From the IMG/VR virus record IMGVR_UViG_3300005805_000163, positions 1-42,117 of that record: a stretch of 42,117 nt of DNA; one strand, 5' to 3'. Shown here piece by piece: positions 1 to 8,273 of this stretch. Made by a program: the position numbers and the translations under genes. The stretch comes from a virus. Taxonomy: Duplodnaviria; Caudoviricetes. Below the pieces are notes generated by a model. That model had not been told where the DNA came from and ran no database searches. It was given only the letters and a program-made list of their open reading frames with translations. How positions within the stretch are numbered: position 1 is the first letter of the stretch; every line of letters starts with the position of its first letter.

Positions 1-142
1 GGACTACAGAGGCACCGCCAAATCCTTTACTTGGTTTAGGTGCTTTACCTTGACCCTTTGTATCAAATTTGGGTGCATTGTTTTTTTTGGCTTGATTAGC
101 CATATTGATAAATGGGTTCTTACTTTTCTTTTCTTCAGTCAT
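1..142 (-). CDS. small basic hypothetical protein, truncated by window edge
   Basis: Not in ORF track; ATG at 142 overlaps the end of the 135..545 gene and reads open to base 1 (MTEEKKSKNPFINMANQAKKNNAPKFDTKGQGKAPKPSKGFGGASVV...). Confidence 0.65.
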   Translation of the reverse strand, partial: MTEEKKSKNPFINMANQAKKNNAPKFDTKGQGKAPKPSKGFGGASVV

Positions 143-545
143 TTTTATTCACCTTTACAGATTTTAAATATTCTTGCAAATTGCCGTATAAACCTAACAT
201 CATTGCCACTTTACTATCATATAGTCTTATGTAAAGGGACTTTGATGAATCTTTTTTATTTACGCCCAAATAGTAAGGGCATTTGATTTTTTTGTTTAAA
301 TCCAATACAAATTTATGATAGCTCTCACCATCTTGTTTGAATTCATAATCGTAAAAGGCTATGTCTGCCAATTGGAACGCAGTTAATCCTGCATCGGTTA
401 AACGAAGGCCATCCTGTCTACCTGTGAAGTACCATTTAAAGATTACATCTTCAATTGGCAATTCATGATAAAGCCTGTGTGATTTGGGTATCTCGGCTAA
501 CACAGCCTCTGTTATTAACTGCTTAACAGATTTACGCTTGTTCAT
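135..545 (-). CDS. hypothetical phage protein
   Basis: 136 aa ORF, overlaps both neighbours in a tight operon. Confidence 0.8.
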   Translation of the reverse strand: MNKRKSVKQLITEAVLAEIPKSHRLYHELPIEDVIFKWYFTGRQDGLRLTDAGLTAFQLADIAFYDYEFKQDGESYHKFVLDLNKKIKCPYYLGVNKKDSSKSLYIRLYDSKVAMMLGLYGNLQEYLKSVKVNKND

Positions 546-831
546 CTGGGTACACCGTGCTACCCGAGTTCATAAACACAACTGTAAACTTATCAGTTTT
601 AAATTGTAAATTTAATTTACGACATAAGTTTCGTGCGTGACCAGGGTTGCTAAAACTTGTCTTTTTATATTTTGGTGTTGTCTCACTATTAAGATAGTGT
701 GATGATTTAAGGTTAATAGGTTGTCCGTCAAAAAATACAGCCCATATTCCAGCCGCTTCGACTACTTGGTCACACTTATAGGTGTTTTTGTCTACTAGTT
801 CCAAAAGAACTTTCGGCTGTGTTCTACTCAT
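532..831 (-). CDS. hypothetical phage protein
   Basis: 99 aa ORF, ATGA-coupled to upstream gene. Confidence 0.8.
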   Translation of the reverse strand: MSRTQPKVLLELVDKNTYKCDQVVEAAGIWAVFFDGQPINLKSSHYLNSETTPKYKKTSFSNPGHARNLCRKLNLQFKTDKFTVVFMNSGSTVYPDEQA

Positions 832-1034
832 TTAAAAGATCCGCCTTTGATTTCTAATTTTATTACAGGTTCTTCCTGATTTTTCTTCTCAGTATTTAAT
901 TGATATTGATCTACTAAAATTTTTGCCAGTTCATCACGTAAGGCTCTGGCCTCAATCATTGGCATAACAAAATCTTTAGACTGTTTACTCTCTAACATTG
1001 ATACCCTATCTATAAAACGTTTGATGTTTATCAT
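828..1034 (-). CDS. hypothetical phage protein
   Basis: 68 aa ORF with ATGA overlaps; GATAAATA 4 nt upstream of ATG. Confidence 0.75.
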   Translation of the reverse strand: MINIKRFIDRVSMLESKQSKDFVMPMIEARALRDELAKILVDQYQLNTEKKNQEEPVIKLEIKGGSFK

Positions 1035-1489
1035 AGATTATTTATCACATTTTCCGCTTCTTCCTTAGTCTTGTAGGGTCCATGATAAGGATATCGTTGA
1101 ATAAAGATGTATTTTGGGCAAAAAACAGGCTCAAACTCGTTATTTTGATTGATTGCATACCAGCCCGCCGCATAATAACACTTACTTTTAGCGGTTTTCG
1201 TGTATAAGTGTAACTTGCGTTTAATATCCAATATTGAATTGTATACTTTTGTGGTCGTGGGATAGTGGCTAAAAGGCATCTGTGCCTTAGTTCTATCCGT
1301 CTTTAATGTTTGGAAATGTATTTTTGTTTTCTTTTTCAAATCGGTAGAATTCTCAAAATGAGTATCCACACCGTTCATTTTCAAGTTAAATCCTGAACCG
1401 TCAGCAATCACATTGCCGACCTTTTCATTTCCATCCGTTACGACCCAATATTGGTCTTTAATTATTGGTTTTGCTACTAGGTTCTTCAT
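1031..1489 (-). CDS. hypothetical phage protein
   Basis: 152 aa ORF with GGAG SD upstream. Confidence 0.8.
   Translation of the reverse strand: MKNLVAKPIIKDQYWVVTDGNEKVGNVIADGSGFNLKMNGVDTHFENSTDLKKKTKIHFQTLKTDRTKAQMPFSHYPTTTKVYNSILDIKRKLHLYTKTAKSKCYYAAGWYAINQNNEFEPVFCPKYIFIQRYPYHGPYKTKEEAENVINNL
1039..1046 (-). promoter_or_regulatory. T4-type late promoter-like box (GATAAATA)
   Basis: GATAAATA-ATCT-ATG on minus strand; resembles T4 gp55 consensus TATAAATA. Confidence 0.5.
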
Positions 1490-1760
1490 ATGTCTCCCAT
1501 GTGTTGTTTATATAATCCCAATGACGATTATCGTAAATTGTAAAATGTATTTCGTAATTAAACAATCCCAATTCAAGATTTATTCCTGCATGGTCTTGTC
1601 TAATTGACAATTCAAATTCTATCCTTAGCCAGTTATCACACTTAATAACTTGCACTTCCCAAAACTTATTTTTAATAAAAGTTTCTCCATGCCAACATTT
1701 TATATTTGCATAATAACTTCGGCTAAATGGATTGCGTAAATTAAAATTAAGATAAATCAC
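1458..1760 (-). CDS. hypothetical phage protein
   Basis: Track ORF 1458..1829; GTG at 1760 preferred because it avoids a long overlap and follows GGAG. Confidence 0.6.
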   Translation of the reverse strand: MIYLNFNLRNPFSRSYYANIKCWHGETFIKNKFWEVQVIKCDNWLRIEFELSIRQDHAGINLELGLFNYEIHFTIYDNRHWDYINNTWETYEEPSSKTNN

Positions 1761-1944
1761 TTTTAATCTCCATATATGGCGCAATATTATTGTCAAAAAT
1801 TTGTGCCATAGTTCGCCATAATCCCTCACGTTCCCTATCAGTCATACCTGCTACCCATGGCGGATCGTCATCACTACGGGTAAGCCCATAGTCATGACGG
1901 TAAGTATAACACATATCAGTAATTATTTCATCCCGTGTTTTCAT
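1747..1944 (-). CDS. hypothetical phage protein
   Basis: 65 aa ORF in operon context. Confidence 0.7.
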   Translation of the reverse strand: MKTRDEIITDMCYTYRHDYGLTRSDDDPPWVAGMTDREREGLWRTMAQIFDNNIAPYMEIKSDLS

Positions 1945-2389
1945 CTTTTGTCAATTCACATACAAATAAGAAATGCTCATAGGCTTTCTTTACGCTAGGG
2001 TTAGTCAATAATTTTTCTGCTTCACTAATCAATGCCTTTACTGCTGCCTCGCTAGCATCACGTACAGCAGGACGAATGATTGGATAATCATCCTGGCTAA
2101 AACTTTCTGCTAACTCACGCCACAACTTTTGTTGACGCTCGGTGATAGGTTGCTTTTGTGGGCGCAACTCCATAGCCTTGTTGATAGCATAGCTAACCGC
2201 ATCTTCAGCAACACGACCTGCGGCAATCAATGGAGCATAGTCAATATTAACATTGTAGCGTGTGCTTTTGCCACCAGGATAAACCATAACCAAATGTGCG
2301 CCTTTAGGCATGGCATCCATGAGTGTTTGGTCGTATTCATAGACAGGCTTGTACCTGCGACCAACCTTTTCATAGAAAATCTTTTTCAT
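1928..2389 (-). CDS. hypothetical phage protein
   Basis: Start moved to ATG 2389 (ATGA overlap with upstream stop at 2386-2388). Confidence 0.75.
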   Translation of the reverse strand: MKKIFYEKVGRRYKPVYEYDQTLMDAMPKGAHLVMVYPGGKSTRYNVNIDYAPLIAAGRVAEDAVSYAINKAMELRPQKQPITERQQKLWRELAESFSQDDYPIIRPAVRDASEAAVKALISEAEKLLTNPSVKKAYEHFLFVCELTKDENTG

Positions 2390-2613
2390 TTTTGAAACTC
2401 TTCCCAAAACAATTCGTTATCTCTAACAGTAGCAACTGGAGTAAGCCAACCATATCTAATACATTCTTGAATAATCATACGATATTCTTTTGGACAATGT
2501 TGACTAATTTCAAACCCTGCTCTAGGCGCTGTAACCATACCATCAGTAAGCATCCATTTAGGATCGCCCTGTTTAACAGTACGCAATGATGTTTGCCTAG
2601 TAATAAAATTCAC
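2386..2613 (-). CDS. hypothetical phage protein
   Basis: 75 aa ORF, 4-nt overlaps with both neighbours. Confidence 0.7.
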   Translation of the reverse strand: MNFITRQTSLRTVKQGDPKWMLTDGMVTAPRAGFEISQHCPKEYRMIIQECIRYGWLTPVATVRDNELFWEEFQK

Positions 2614-2846
2614 GTTTTTAATTCCTTGACTACCAAATCTTTTGCTCTTTTATCAAGCGTTTGCTTTTCTAATTCTATCATTTTAGGAGCCATTATGTTG
2701 ATCCAATTCATTACTTCTTTGGCTCCTTCATCACTAAACTTACAATATTGATCACCAAAAGAACTATATTGATAATATCTATTATCTTTTATTATTTCAA
2801 ATAAACCAGCATATACTTGTTTATGCAAGATTGGATTCATGTACAT
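2610..2846 (-). CDS. hypothetical phage protein
   Basis: Track ORF 2610..2924; ATG 2846 after GAGG (or ATG 2840) more plausible. Confidence 0.6.
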   Translation of the reverse strand: MYMNPILHKQVYAGLFEIIKDNRYYQYSSFGDQYCKFSDEGAKEVMNWINIMAPKMIELEKQTLDKRAKDLVVKELKT

Positions 2847-3834
2847 TTCCTCTGTACGGTGAGTTGAGCCATTTTGCGTAGGCTTCAGCGTTCTCAGAAA
2901 TTTTATTAAGTTCATATTTGCCACAGAATTTCATAAAGTGAACACCAACTTGTGGCGTAGTTGTAGTACGCACACCAGCACGAATAACATTGTCAACTTT
3001 ATCCTTGATATCTTGAGGTTGTGCAGTCAAGTCAATCAATGTGCGATTGCGTTCATAGTCCTCACGCACACGATGTTCAACACCTTCATGATCTAGCCAA
3101 CGTTGCAACATCATGTTGTTCCATGTAAAGCCTTGCTTATTACGATCCGCATAAGCCTCGACAAGACCAACTTTGTTTTTACTACCTTTCTCACGTACAC
3201 CCGGATATGCACTAAACACATTGTCAGTTGCATCACCACGCATACACTTTTTGAACAACAAGTATTGAGGATCCTCAAGCAACTTGTGTTCTTTAGTTTT
3301 TTTGTCTAGTACCGGTTTTCCATTATCCTTGAAGTATCCGTCGAGTCGGATGAGTTCATTAGAAACGCCGTTGTATTGGAACACGTTTTCAGCAATAAGC
3401 TGAACGTAATCAGTATCAGAAGAAATAATGTAGTGCGAGTCATTGGGATGTAGATGAATAAAACGGGCAATAAGGTCGTCTGCTTCTGCATTAGGTTCAC
3501 GCAATACAGACACATTGGTCTTTTCACGCAAGAAGTTGGTAAACATTTCGTATGTTTCCCAAAACATCTTGTTCTCCTCAATTTCGGCGTCAGTCATTGC
3601 CGATTCATCAAGTTTACGATTAGCCTTGTAGGGCTTGTAATAATCTTTACGCCATGATCTACCTTCCAAACAGAACACTACATGGTCAATTTTATGTGTG
3701 CGTACAATTTGATTAACACTTGCTAGTGTTAGATGTAACGCCATACCAATCTTTTCCCAAGTATCAGTGTTTCGGCTAGCCACATGACGGGCGCGGAAGA
3801 AAGTATTGGCTGTGTCAATAAGTGCGTAATTCAT
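2821..3834 (-). CDS. rnh: T4 RNase H-like 5'-3' exonuclease (FEN/PIN fold)
   Basis: Motifs LIDTAN, SWRK..Y..YKANR, EADDLIA, SSDTDYVQL, GDATDNV. Confidence 0.9.
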   Translation of the reverse strand: MNYALIDTANTFFRARHVASRNTDTWEKIGMALHLTLASVNQIVRTHKIDHVVFCLEGRSWRKDYYKPYKANRKLDESAMTDAEIEENKMFWETYEMFTNFLREKTNVSVLREPNAEADDLIARFIHLHPNDSHYIISSDTDYVQLIAENVFQYNGVSNELIRLDGYFKDNGKPVLDKKTKEHKLLEDPQYLLFKKCMRGDATDNVFSAYPGVREKGSKNKVGLVEAYADRNKQGFTWNNMMLQRWLDHEGVEHRVREDYERNRTLIDLTAQPQDIKDKVDNVIRAGVRTTTTPQVGVHFMKFCGKYELNKISENAEAYAKWLNSPYRGNVHESNLA

Positions 3835-3853
3835 GTGTGGGATAGTATATAGT

Positions 3854-3888
3854 TGAATAATATGCGTTGATTATACGCATATTATTCA
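3854..3888. repeat. 14-bp perfect inverted repeat around the -10 box
   Basis: TGAATAATATGCGT-N7-ACGCATATTATTCA. Confidence 0.9.
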
Positions 3889-3898
3889 TTTTTGTCAA
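3870..3898 (-). promoter_or_regulatory. consensus sigma70 promoter for rnh operon
   Basis: TTGACA (3898-3893), 17 nt, TATAAT (3875-3870). Confidence 0.85.
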
Positions 3899-4339
3899 TT
3901 AGATATGTTCCAAAAACTTGCTTGGATCATCACCCAAATTCTTAAATACATTAGACGGACTAAATGGTAAGAATTCCTTTTTGACTTTATAAATTTCGGA
4001 GTAATTTGCCTTACACCGTTTTTCAACAAAATCAATTATTTCTGGGCCTGTCACCTGAGCCTCTGGATCAAACCATTCTAATTTGTCTGTAAACAATATT
4101 AATAGTTTGTCTCCCCACTCATTTTTCAAATGACTTTCCAATGCACGTATTTGAGACAATTTGCCATAATAAAGATTATCAAATACCTGATCTTTGTTTG
4201 CACCAGGATTTATATATCTTTTTTGCAAATAGTTTTTAATGTTTTTGCTGGATGTAATACCGAAACCCCAAATACCATTGTGGCGAAGTTGCAGTATATA
4301 AAACCACCCACATTTTTCAGGTAGTTTAATCTTAGACAT
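3899..4339 (-). CDS. GIY-YIG/T5orf172-like nuclease-fold protein
   Basis: N-terminal GWFYIL...WGFGIT...R, later LE..LK and EWF, typical of the T5orf172/GIY-YIG family. Confidence 0.55.
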   Translation of the reverse strand: MSKIKLPEKCGWFYILQLRHNGIWGFGITSSKNIKNYLQKRYINPGANKDQVFDNLYYGKLSQIRALESHLKNEWGDKLLILFTDKLEWFDPEAQVTGPEIIDFVEKRCKANYSEIYKVKKEFLPFSPSNVFKNLGDDPSKFLEHI

Positions 4340-5531
4340 TGTTTACAGCCTCATGAACATCAACCGAATCGAGGTAATCGTAAATGTCCTCACCAGCATA
4401 GTTGTAGTCGTTGACATCATTAGTCAACGGGTACGTGCCATTAAGCTTTTGATAAATCTTAAGCACGATTGCTAAAGCACAATTGGTTGAGTTAAGTTTG
4501 TGGTTCTTGATATTTGGGTAAGCAGCCTCATGCCAAGCAACGTGTGCGTTTTCAGTTGCCTTACGCAATGTTGCCAAATCAGTAAAACACTTTTTAATGA
4601 TAGCATGAAAATTATCCAAAAACTCATCCCAATCAGGACCTGTCATTGGAATATGTTTTGCCCGCATATTGTCATGCAAGTGACCATACAAACCGAATGC
4701 GGCACTGTCAATCTTAGTTCCATGCCAGTATTTTTTATGAGTAGCAAGGATAAAATCTAGTGTCTTATGGCTCCAATTGTAAACTGCGTCAATACGATCC
4801 AATGTGCCTGCCTTGCCCTTTTGCGGATGACTTGCAGGAACTGGGATAGCCTCATTTTTTTCGCAAATAGCTTGACGCTTTGCCGCATCTACATATTCTT
4901 TAATAGTAGATTTGTGTTGGCGAACACCTGCAACCTTAATACGATGGAAATCAAACGCAGTCCATTTTTTCTGACCCTTACCATTTCTGTGATAAGCAGC
5001 CTCGTTTGCAAATGCTACATCGCTATTGTTTACAATAAAGAAAGGATATTCAAAATCTTCCCATTTTGCAGGATCAACACCTTCCCACAATCCATGCTTC
5101 GCAAACAGTCCCACTACGTTGAGTCCGTGCTGTGTATCAAAAATTGGATTTGATTTACCATCTTCACTAATAGTTGAAAATGCAGGACTCAACAATTCTT
5201 CCTGACAGTTTTCCATAATATCAGCGGTATGTTTTGGAATTACAAGTCGCTGTGTTTCTGACAAAAACGTTGCTTTGCCAATCTTTTGTTTTTTGGGAGT
5301 ACCAATCTTACTTGGATCAAACTTTTTCTTTTTCTTTTTAAGTTCATTCAATACATTGACAATGATTGGATTTTTCTCAAGCTCTGCTACAGATTGTGCT
5401 AGAGTTTTGGGTTTTGCATTTTTTAGACGCTTGCTATCAAGCGGGTTTTTAATGCTAGTAATATCAATAGCCTGTCCTTTGGGAACGTCAGTCCAAGGAA
5501 AGGAGTTTTGGGTAGGCGATAATTTTGCCAT
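4332..5531 (-). CDS. ParB/Srx-like (DGQHR-type) domain protein
   Basis: TQR...IFDTQHGL resembles the QR...IDGQHR signature of ParB/DndB-like proteins. Confidence 0.5.
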   Translation of the reverse strand: MAKLSPTQNSFPWTDVPKGQAIDITSIKNPLDSKRLKNAKPKTLAQSVAELEKNPIIVNVLNELKKKKKKFDPSKIGTPKKQKIGKATFLSETQRLVIPKHTADIMENCQEELLSPAFSTISEDGKSNPIFDTQHGLNVVGLFAKHGLWEGVDPAKWEDFEYPFFIVNNSDVAFANEAAYHRNGKGQKKWTAFDFHRIKVAGVRQHKSTIKEYVDAAKRQAICEKNEAIPVPASHPQKGKAGTLDRIDAVYNWSHKTLDFILATHKKYWHGTKIDSAAFGLYGHLHDNMRAKHIPMTGPDWDEFLDNFHAIIKKCFTDLATLRKATENAHVAWHEAAYPNIKNHKLNSTNCALAIVLKIYQKLNGTYPLTNDVNDYNYAGEDIYDYLDSVDVHEAVNNV

Positions 5532-5551
5532 TTTTGTTTCCTTTAAAAGTT

Positions 5552-5582
5552 AAAAAGCTGTACTACAAAATCATAGTACAGC
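5552..5582 (-). terminator. intrinsic terminator-like hairpin
   Basis: GCTGTACTA-N8-TAGTACAGC followed by TTTTT on minus strand. Confidence 0.65.
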
Positions 5583-5586
5583 CTGA

Positions 5587-5615
5587 ATAATATCACTAAA
5601 TTTAATTAATTGCAA
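5587..5615 (-). promoter_or_regulatory. sigma70-type promoter
   Basis: TTGCAA-17-TATTAT. Confidence 0.6.
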
Positions 5616-5623
5616 CCTTTATA

Positions 5624-6742
5624 CTAACACTTTAAAATTTTTGTTTCCGTATTTAAAAGACGCTTATAATTATGATTGGTAATGGGTATGGTGTTTTTCA
5701 TAAATTCCAGCCATTCTTCATCTGTAAAACGACAAAGCCTCATAATCTCTTTGGTTATCAGGCGTAACCTTTGTATGTCATCGTTTTCTTCATCATATGA
5801 TTCATTAATAAAAGGATGAAAAGTTTGGTACCCTTGTTCACGCAGGGCTGATAAAGCTCCTGGCACTCCTACCATAATAAAAGGTAGTTTACCAAAAATA
5901 TATTTAAATGTTTTTTCAGTTGTTATATTATGGTCAATCACCCAATTAAGGCTAAGAGGATTTTCTGATTTAAAAAAATTAGTTTCAGTTACGACTCCAA
6001 AATAAGAATTTGCATAAAGGTGTGTTTCGGATTCGATAATATCATAAATTACAAGTTCCTGTTTTGTATTCCCAACTAACTTCATAGGAAATAATTTATA
6101 ATTTTTTCTTAATGTCTCACCTACCCAACATTTCTTTGGAAAAATGTCAAACTCAGTAGGTTGAGAATTTTCTGTAGGATATTGCCGATAGAGGGAAATA
6201 TATCCCTTTTCAAGTAAATTATTTTTAATTATATAGGCTAATAGGTATCCCCTATGCGCTCTCATTCCACCATTAAACAGTAAAAATTTCTTATCTTTTT
6301 TAATAGGCGCTTTATTTAATTTTTTTATGTTTGATCGTTTGGACGATAACGCATTTAGGGCAATTGATTTTTCAATTCTATTCACGAACAGTACAGTGAT
6401 TTTATGATAGTTTTTAGCCTTGATGTATTGTTTATAGGCATCAACATTTCTTTTAATTGGATCTGCTGTTGTGATATACAATAAAGAGTTACTGCTTATT
6501 CCATATTTGTTACTTAAAATTTCGCATATATCATTTATAGTTTGAAGTATACCTATTTGTAATCCTTCAAAATCTCCATCAAAACATATGTTTTTATCCC
6601 CTTTATGTTTCATAATTTCATCACAAAGATTTTCTACCTCTGCAGAGGTTTTTAAAGGAAAATTATGTGTTGATACAATTAAATAGTTTAAATTGTATCC
6701 TAAATCATTTAGAAAAGGAGATGCAAAACATTCTTTAAACAT
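5624..6742 (-). CDS. glycosyltransferase-like protein of the phage TEKT family
   Basis: C-terminal SYFGVVTET...TEKTFK...PFI..G...L...GY.TF...ESYD block shared with 31281 and 33004; ATG 6742 preferred to TTG 6745. Confidence 0.5.
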   Translation of the reverse strand: MFKECFASPFLNDLGYNLNYLIVSTHNFPLKTSAEVENLCDEIMKHKGDKNICFDGDFEGLQIGILQTINDICEILSNKYGISSNSLLYITTADPIKRNVDAYKQYIKAKNYHKITVLFVNRIEKSIALNALSSKRSNIKKLNKAPIKKDKKFLLFNGGMRAHRGYLLAYIIKNNLLEKGYISLYRQYPTENSQPTEFDIFPKKCWVGETLRKNYKLFPMKLVGNTKQELVIYDIIESETHLYANSYFGVVTETNFFKSENPLSLNWVIDHNITTEKTFKYIFGKLPFIMVGVPGALSALREQGYQTFHPFINESYDEENDDIQRLRLITKEIMRLCRFTDEEWLEFMKNTIPITNHNYKRLLNTETKILKC

Positions 6743-7173
6743 CAACTAACCTCTGTGCGACCGTTTCCTATATCACGGGACCGAATTACACGCACATCAT
6801 CACGTTTTTCTGGATCTGCTTGTTGTTGCTCATAAACTTCTAGTGCTACGTTTCTACAAACAGTTTGGAACCAACGATCAACAATTTGTTGTTCCGTATC
6901 ATCATCACGTATTTTGTAGCCTGCACGAATAAGATTAAGAACAAATTTATCATTCCAATCTAATTCAAACGCACCATTATTTACATCATTCGGGTCAATT
7001 TGAATATGCAATATATTTACATATGGTTCATTGTTTTGTGTGGCTATTTCTTTGGCACTTAGTTGTGGAGGTTCGACTTTGGGTTGACGTTTTTTGCGTG
7101 GCTTTACCTCCTTTTTAACAACAGGTTTTTCTGGTTCCTGTTTAGTAAAAAGTTTTTTAAGTTTATCAAACAT
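6742..7173 (-). CDS. hypothetical phage protein
   Basis: 143 aa ORF overlapping uvsE stop. Confidence 0.8.
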   Translation of the reverse strand: MFDKLKKLFTKQEPEKPVVKKEVKPRKKRQPKVEPPQLSAKEIATQNNEPYVNILHIQIDPNDVNNGAFELDWNDKFVLNLIRAGYKIRDDDTEQQIVDRWFQTVCRNVALEVYEQQQADPEKRDDVRVIRSRDIGNGRTEVS

Positions 7174-8197
7174 TACTTATTGAATCCTCATATAGTTTAA
7201 AAGATGCAAGATTTTTAGCCTTGCTCTCGCACATAATGTCGGCCCATTCATTATGTGACAGTGCCCATTTGTTAACTTCATCATTCCAATAGTAGTCACT
7301 ATGGGCACGTAGTTTTTGTTTATTGTGTCCACTTTCTAATAACGTCCGTAGATCGGGGCGTTGGTGTCGGGTATGGCCAACAAGTACATCTTCCCTAGAA
7401 ACGGAATAGTGCATAGCAGGCCTAATACCGCGCCAACTATCAATAACTTTTTTAACACGTTCGTCAGTTTTTTCAATGTATTCTCCTGTGTGTATCCAAT
7501 GATGATGAATGTCAAGCACGATAGGAACTAGATCGGCTAGTTCTAAGCAAGAATCGAGACCCCAGCTGATTTCTTCGTTCTCGATTGTGAGTCCGTTCCT
7601 TGCTTCTGTAGACAATCTCTTGTAGGCTTGTCGGATACCTTCTGGACCGGCTCGACCCGAGATGTGGACGTTGATTTTAATGTCCTGAAACTGTTTACCA
7701 TACCCCATGAAGCGGGCCATATCTGCATGATATTCAAACTCCTCTATACTCTTATTTACTACCTCAGGACGATCACTTGCAAGAACTACAAATTGATCAG
7801 GGTGAAAACTAAGACGGACATCATTCGCACGTGCAGTTTCACCGATAGGAGCCATCCAGCGTTCTAGACTATTCTGAACATCAGTGCTGTGCCAAAAGTC
7901 CTTGTACTCGTCCATAGTATAGAACGAAAACATATCACTAGTGAGGCGTAGCATACGTAGTGGTTGAGGCAACTGTGCTACTTTTTTGACTAATGCATGA
8001 GTATTAAGAATGTTACGTTTGGCAACATCAATAAGCTTGTCCTCAACGGTCTTTCGAGACTTTTGACGTTTAGCCCATGCGTGAGTAGTACCACCGGTAT
8101 TGAGACCTTCGGTACTAGCAATCTCGCCTTTTTTGTTGATTTCAGCCCATTTGCAAGCGAAACCAATACGTTGAACAGACATGTTGAAAGTGTGCAT
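7166..8197 (-). CDS. uvsE: UV-damage endonuclease
   Basis: RIGFACK, RLTSD, RLSFHPDQFVVL, INVH, LTIENE, VLDIHHH, HSDY, DIMCESKAKNLA motifs of UvdE/UvsE. Confidence 0.93.
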   Translation of the reverse strand: MHTFNMSVQRIGFACKWAEINKKGEIASTEGLNTGGTTHAWAKRQKSRKTVEDKLIDVAKRNILNTHALVKKVAQLPQPLRMLRLTSDMFSFYTMDEYKDFWHSTDVQNSLERWMAPIGETARANDVRLSFHPDQFVVLASDRPEVVNKSIEEFEYHADMARFMGYGKQFQDIKINVHISGRAGPEGIRQAYKRLSTEARNGLTIENEEISWGLDSCLELADLVPIVLDIHHHWIHTGEYIEKTDERVKKVIDSWRGIRPAMHYSVSREDVLVGHTRHQRPDLRTLLESGHNKQKLRAHSDYYWNDEVNKWALSHNEWADIMCESKAKNLASFKLYEDSISNV

Positions 8198-8212
8198 AAG
8201 ATGACCAGTATA

Positions 8213-8220
8213 GATAAATA
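8213..8220 (+). promoter_or_regulatory. late promoter-like box for the plus-strand gene
   Basis: GATAAATA 53 nt upstream of ATG 8274. Confidence 0.5.
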
Positions 8221-8227
8221 TGTATAT

Positions 8228-8256
8228 AGTCTAACATAAAGACAAATTATTGTCAA
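8228..8256 (-). promoter_or_regulatory. sigma70-type promoter for uvsE
   Basis: TTGACA-17-TAGACT with TG upstream of the -10 box. Confidence 0.75.
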
Positions 8257-8273
8257 ACATACGGAAACCGAAC

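Noticed and set aside
50-90. Possible frameshift at the T8 run in the left-edge ORF
   Set aside because: Codon-by-codon reading shows the frame from ATG 142 stays open to the window edge
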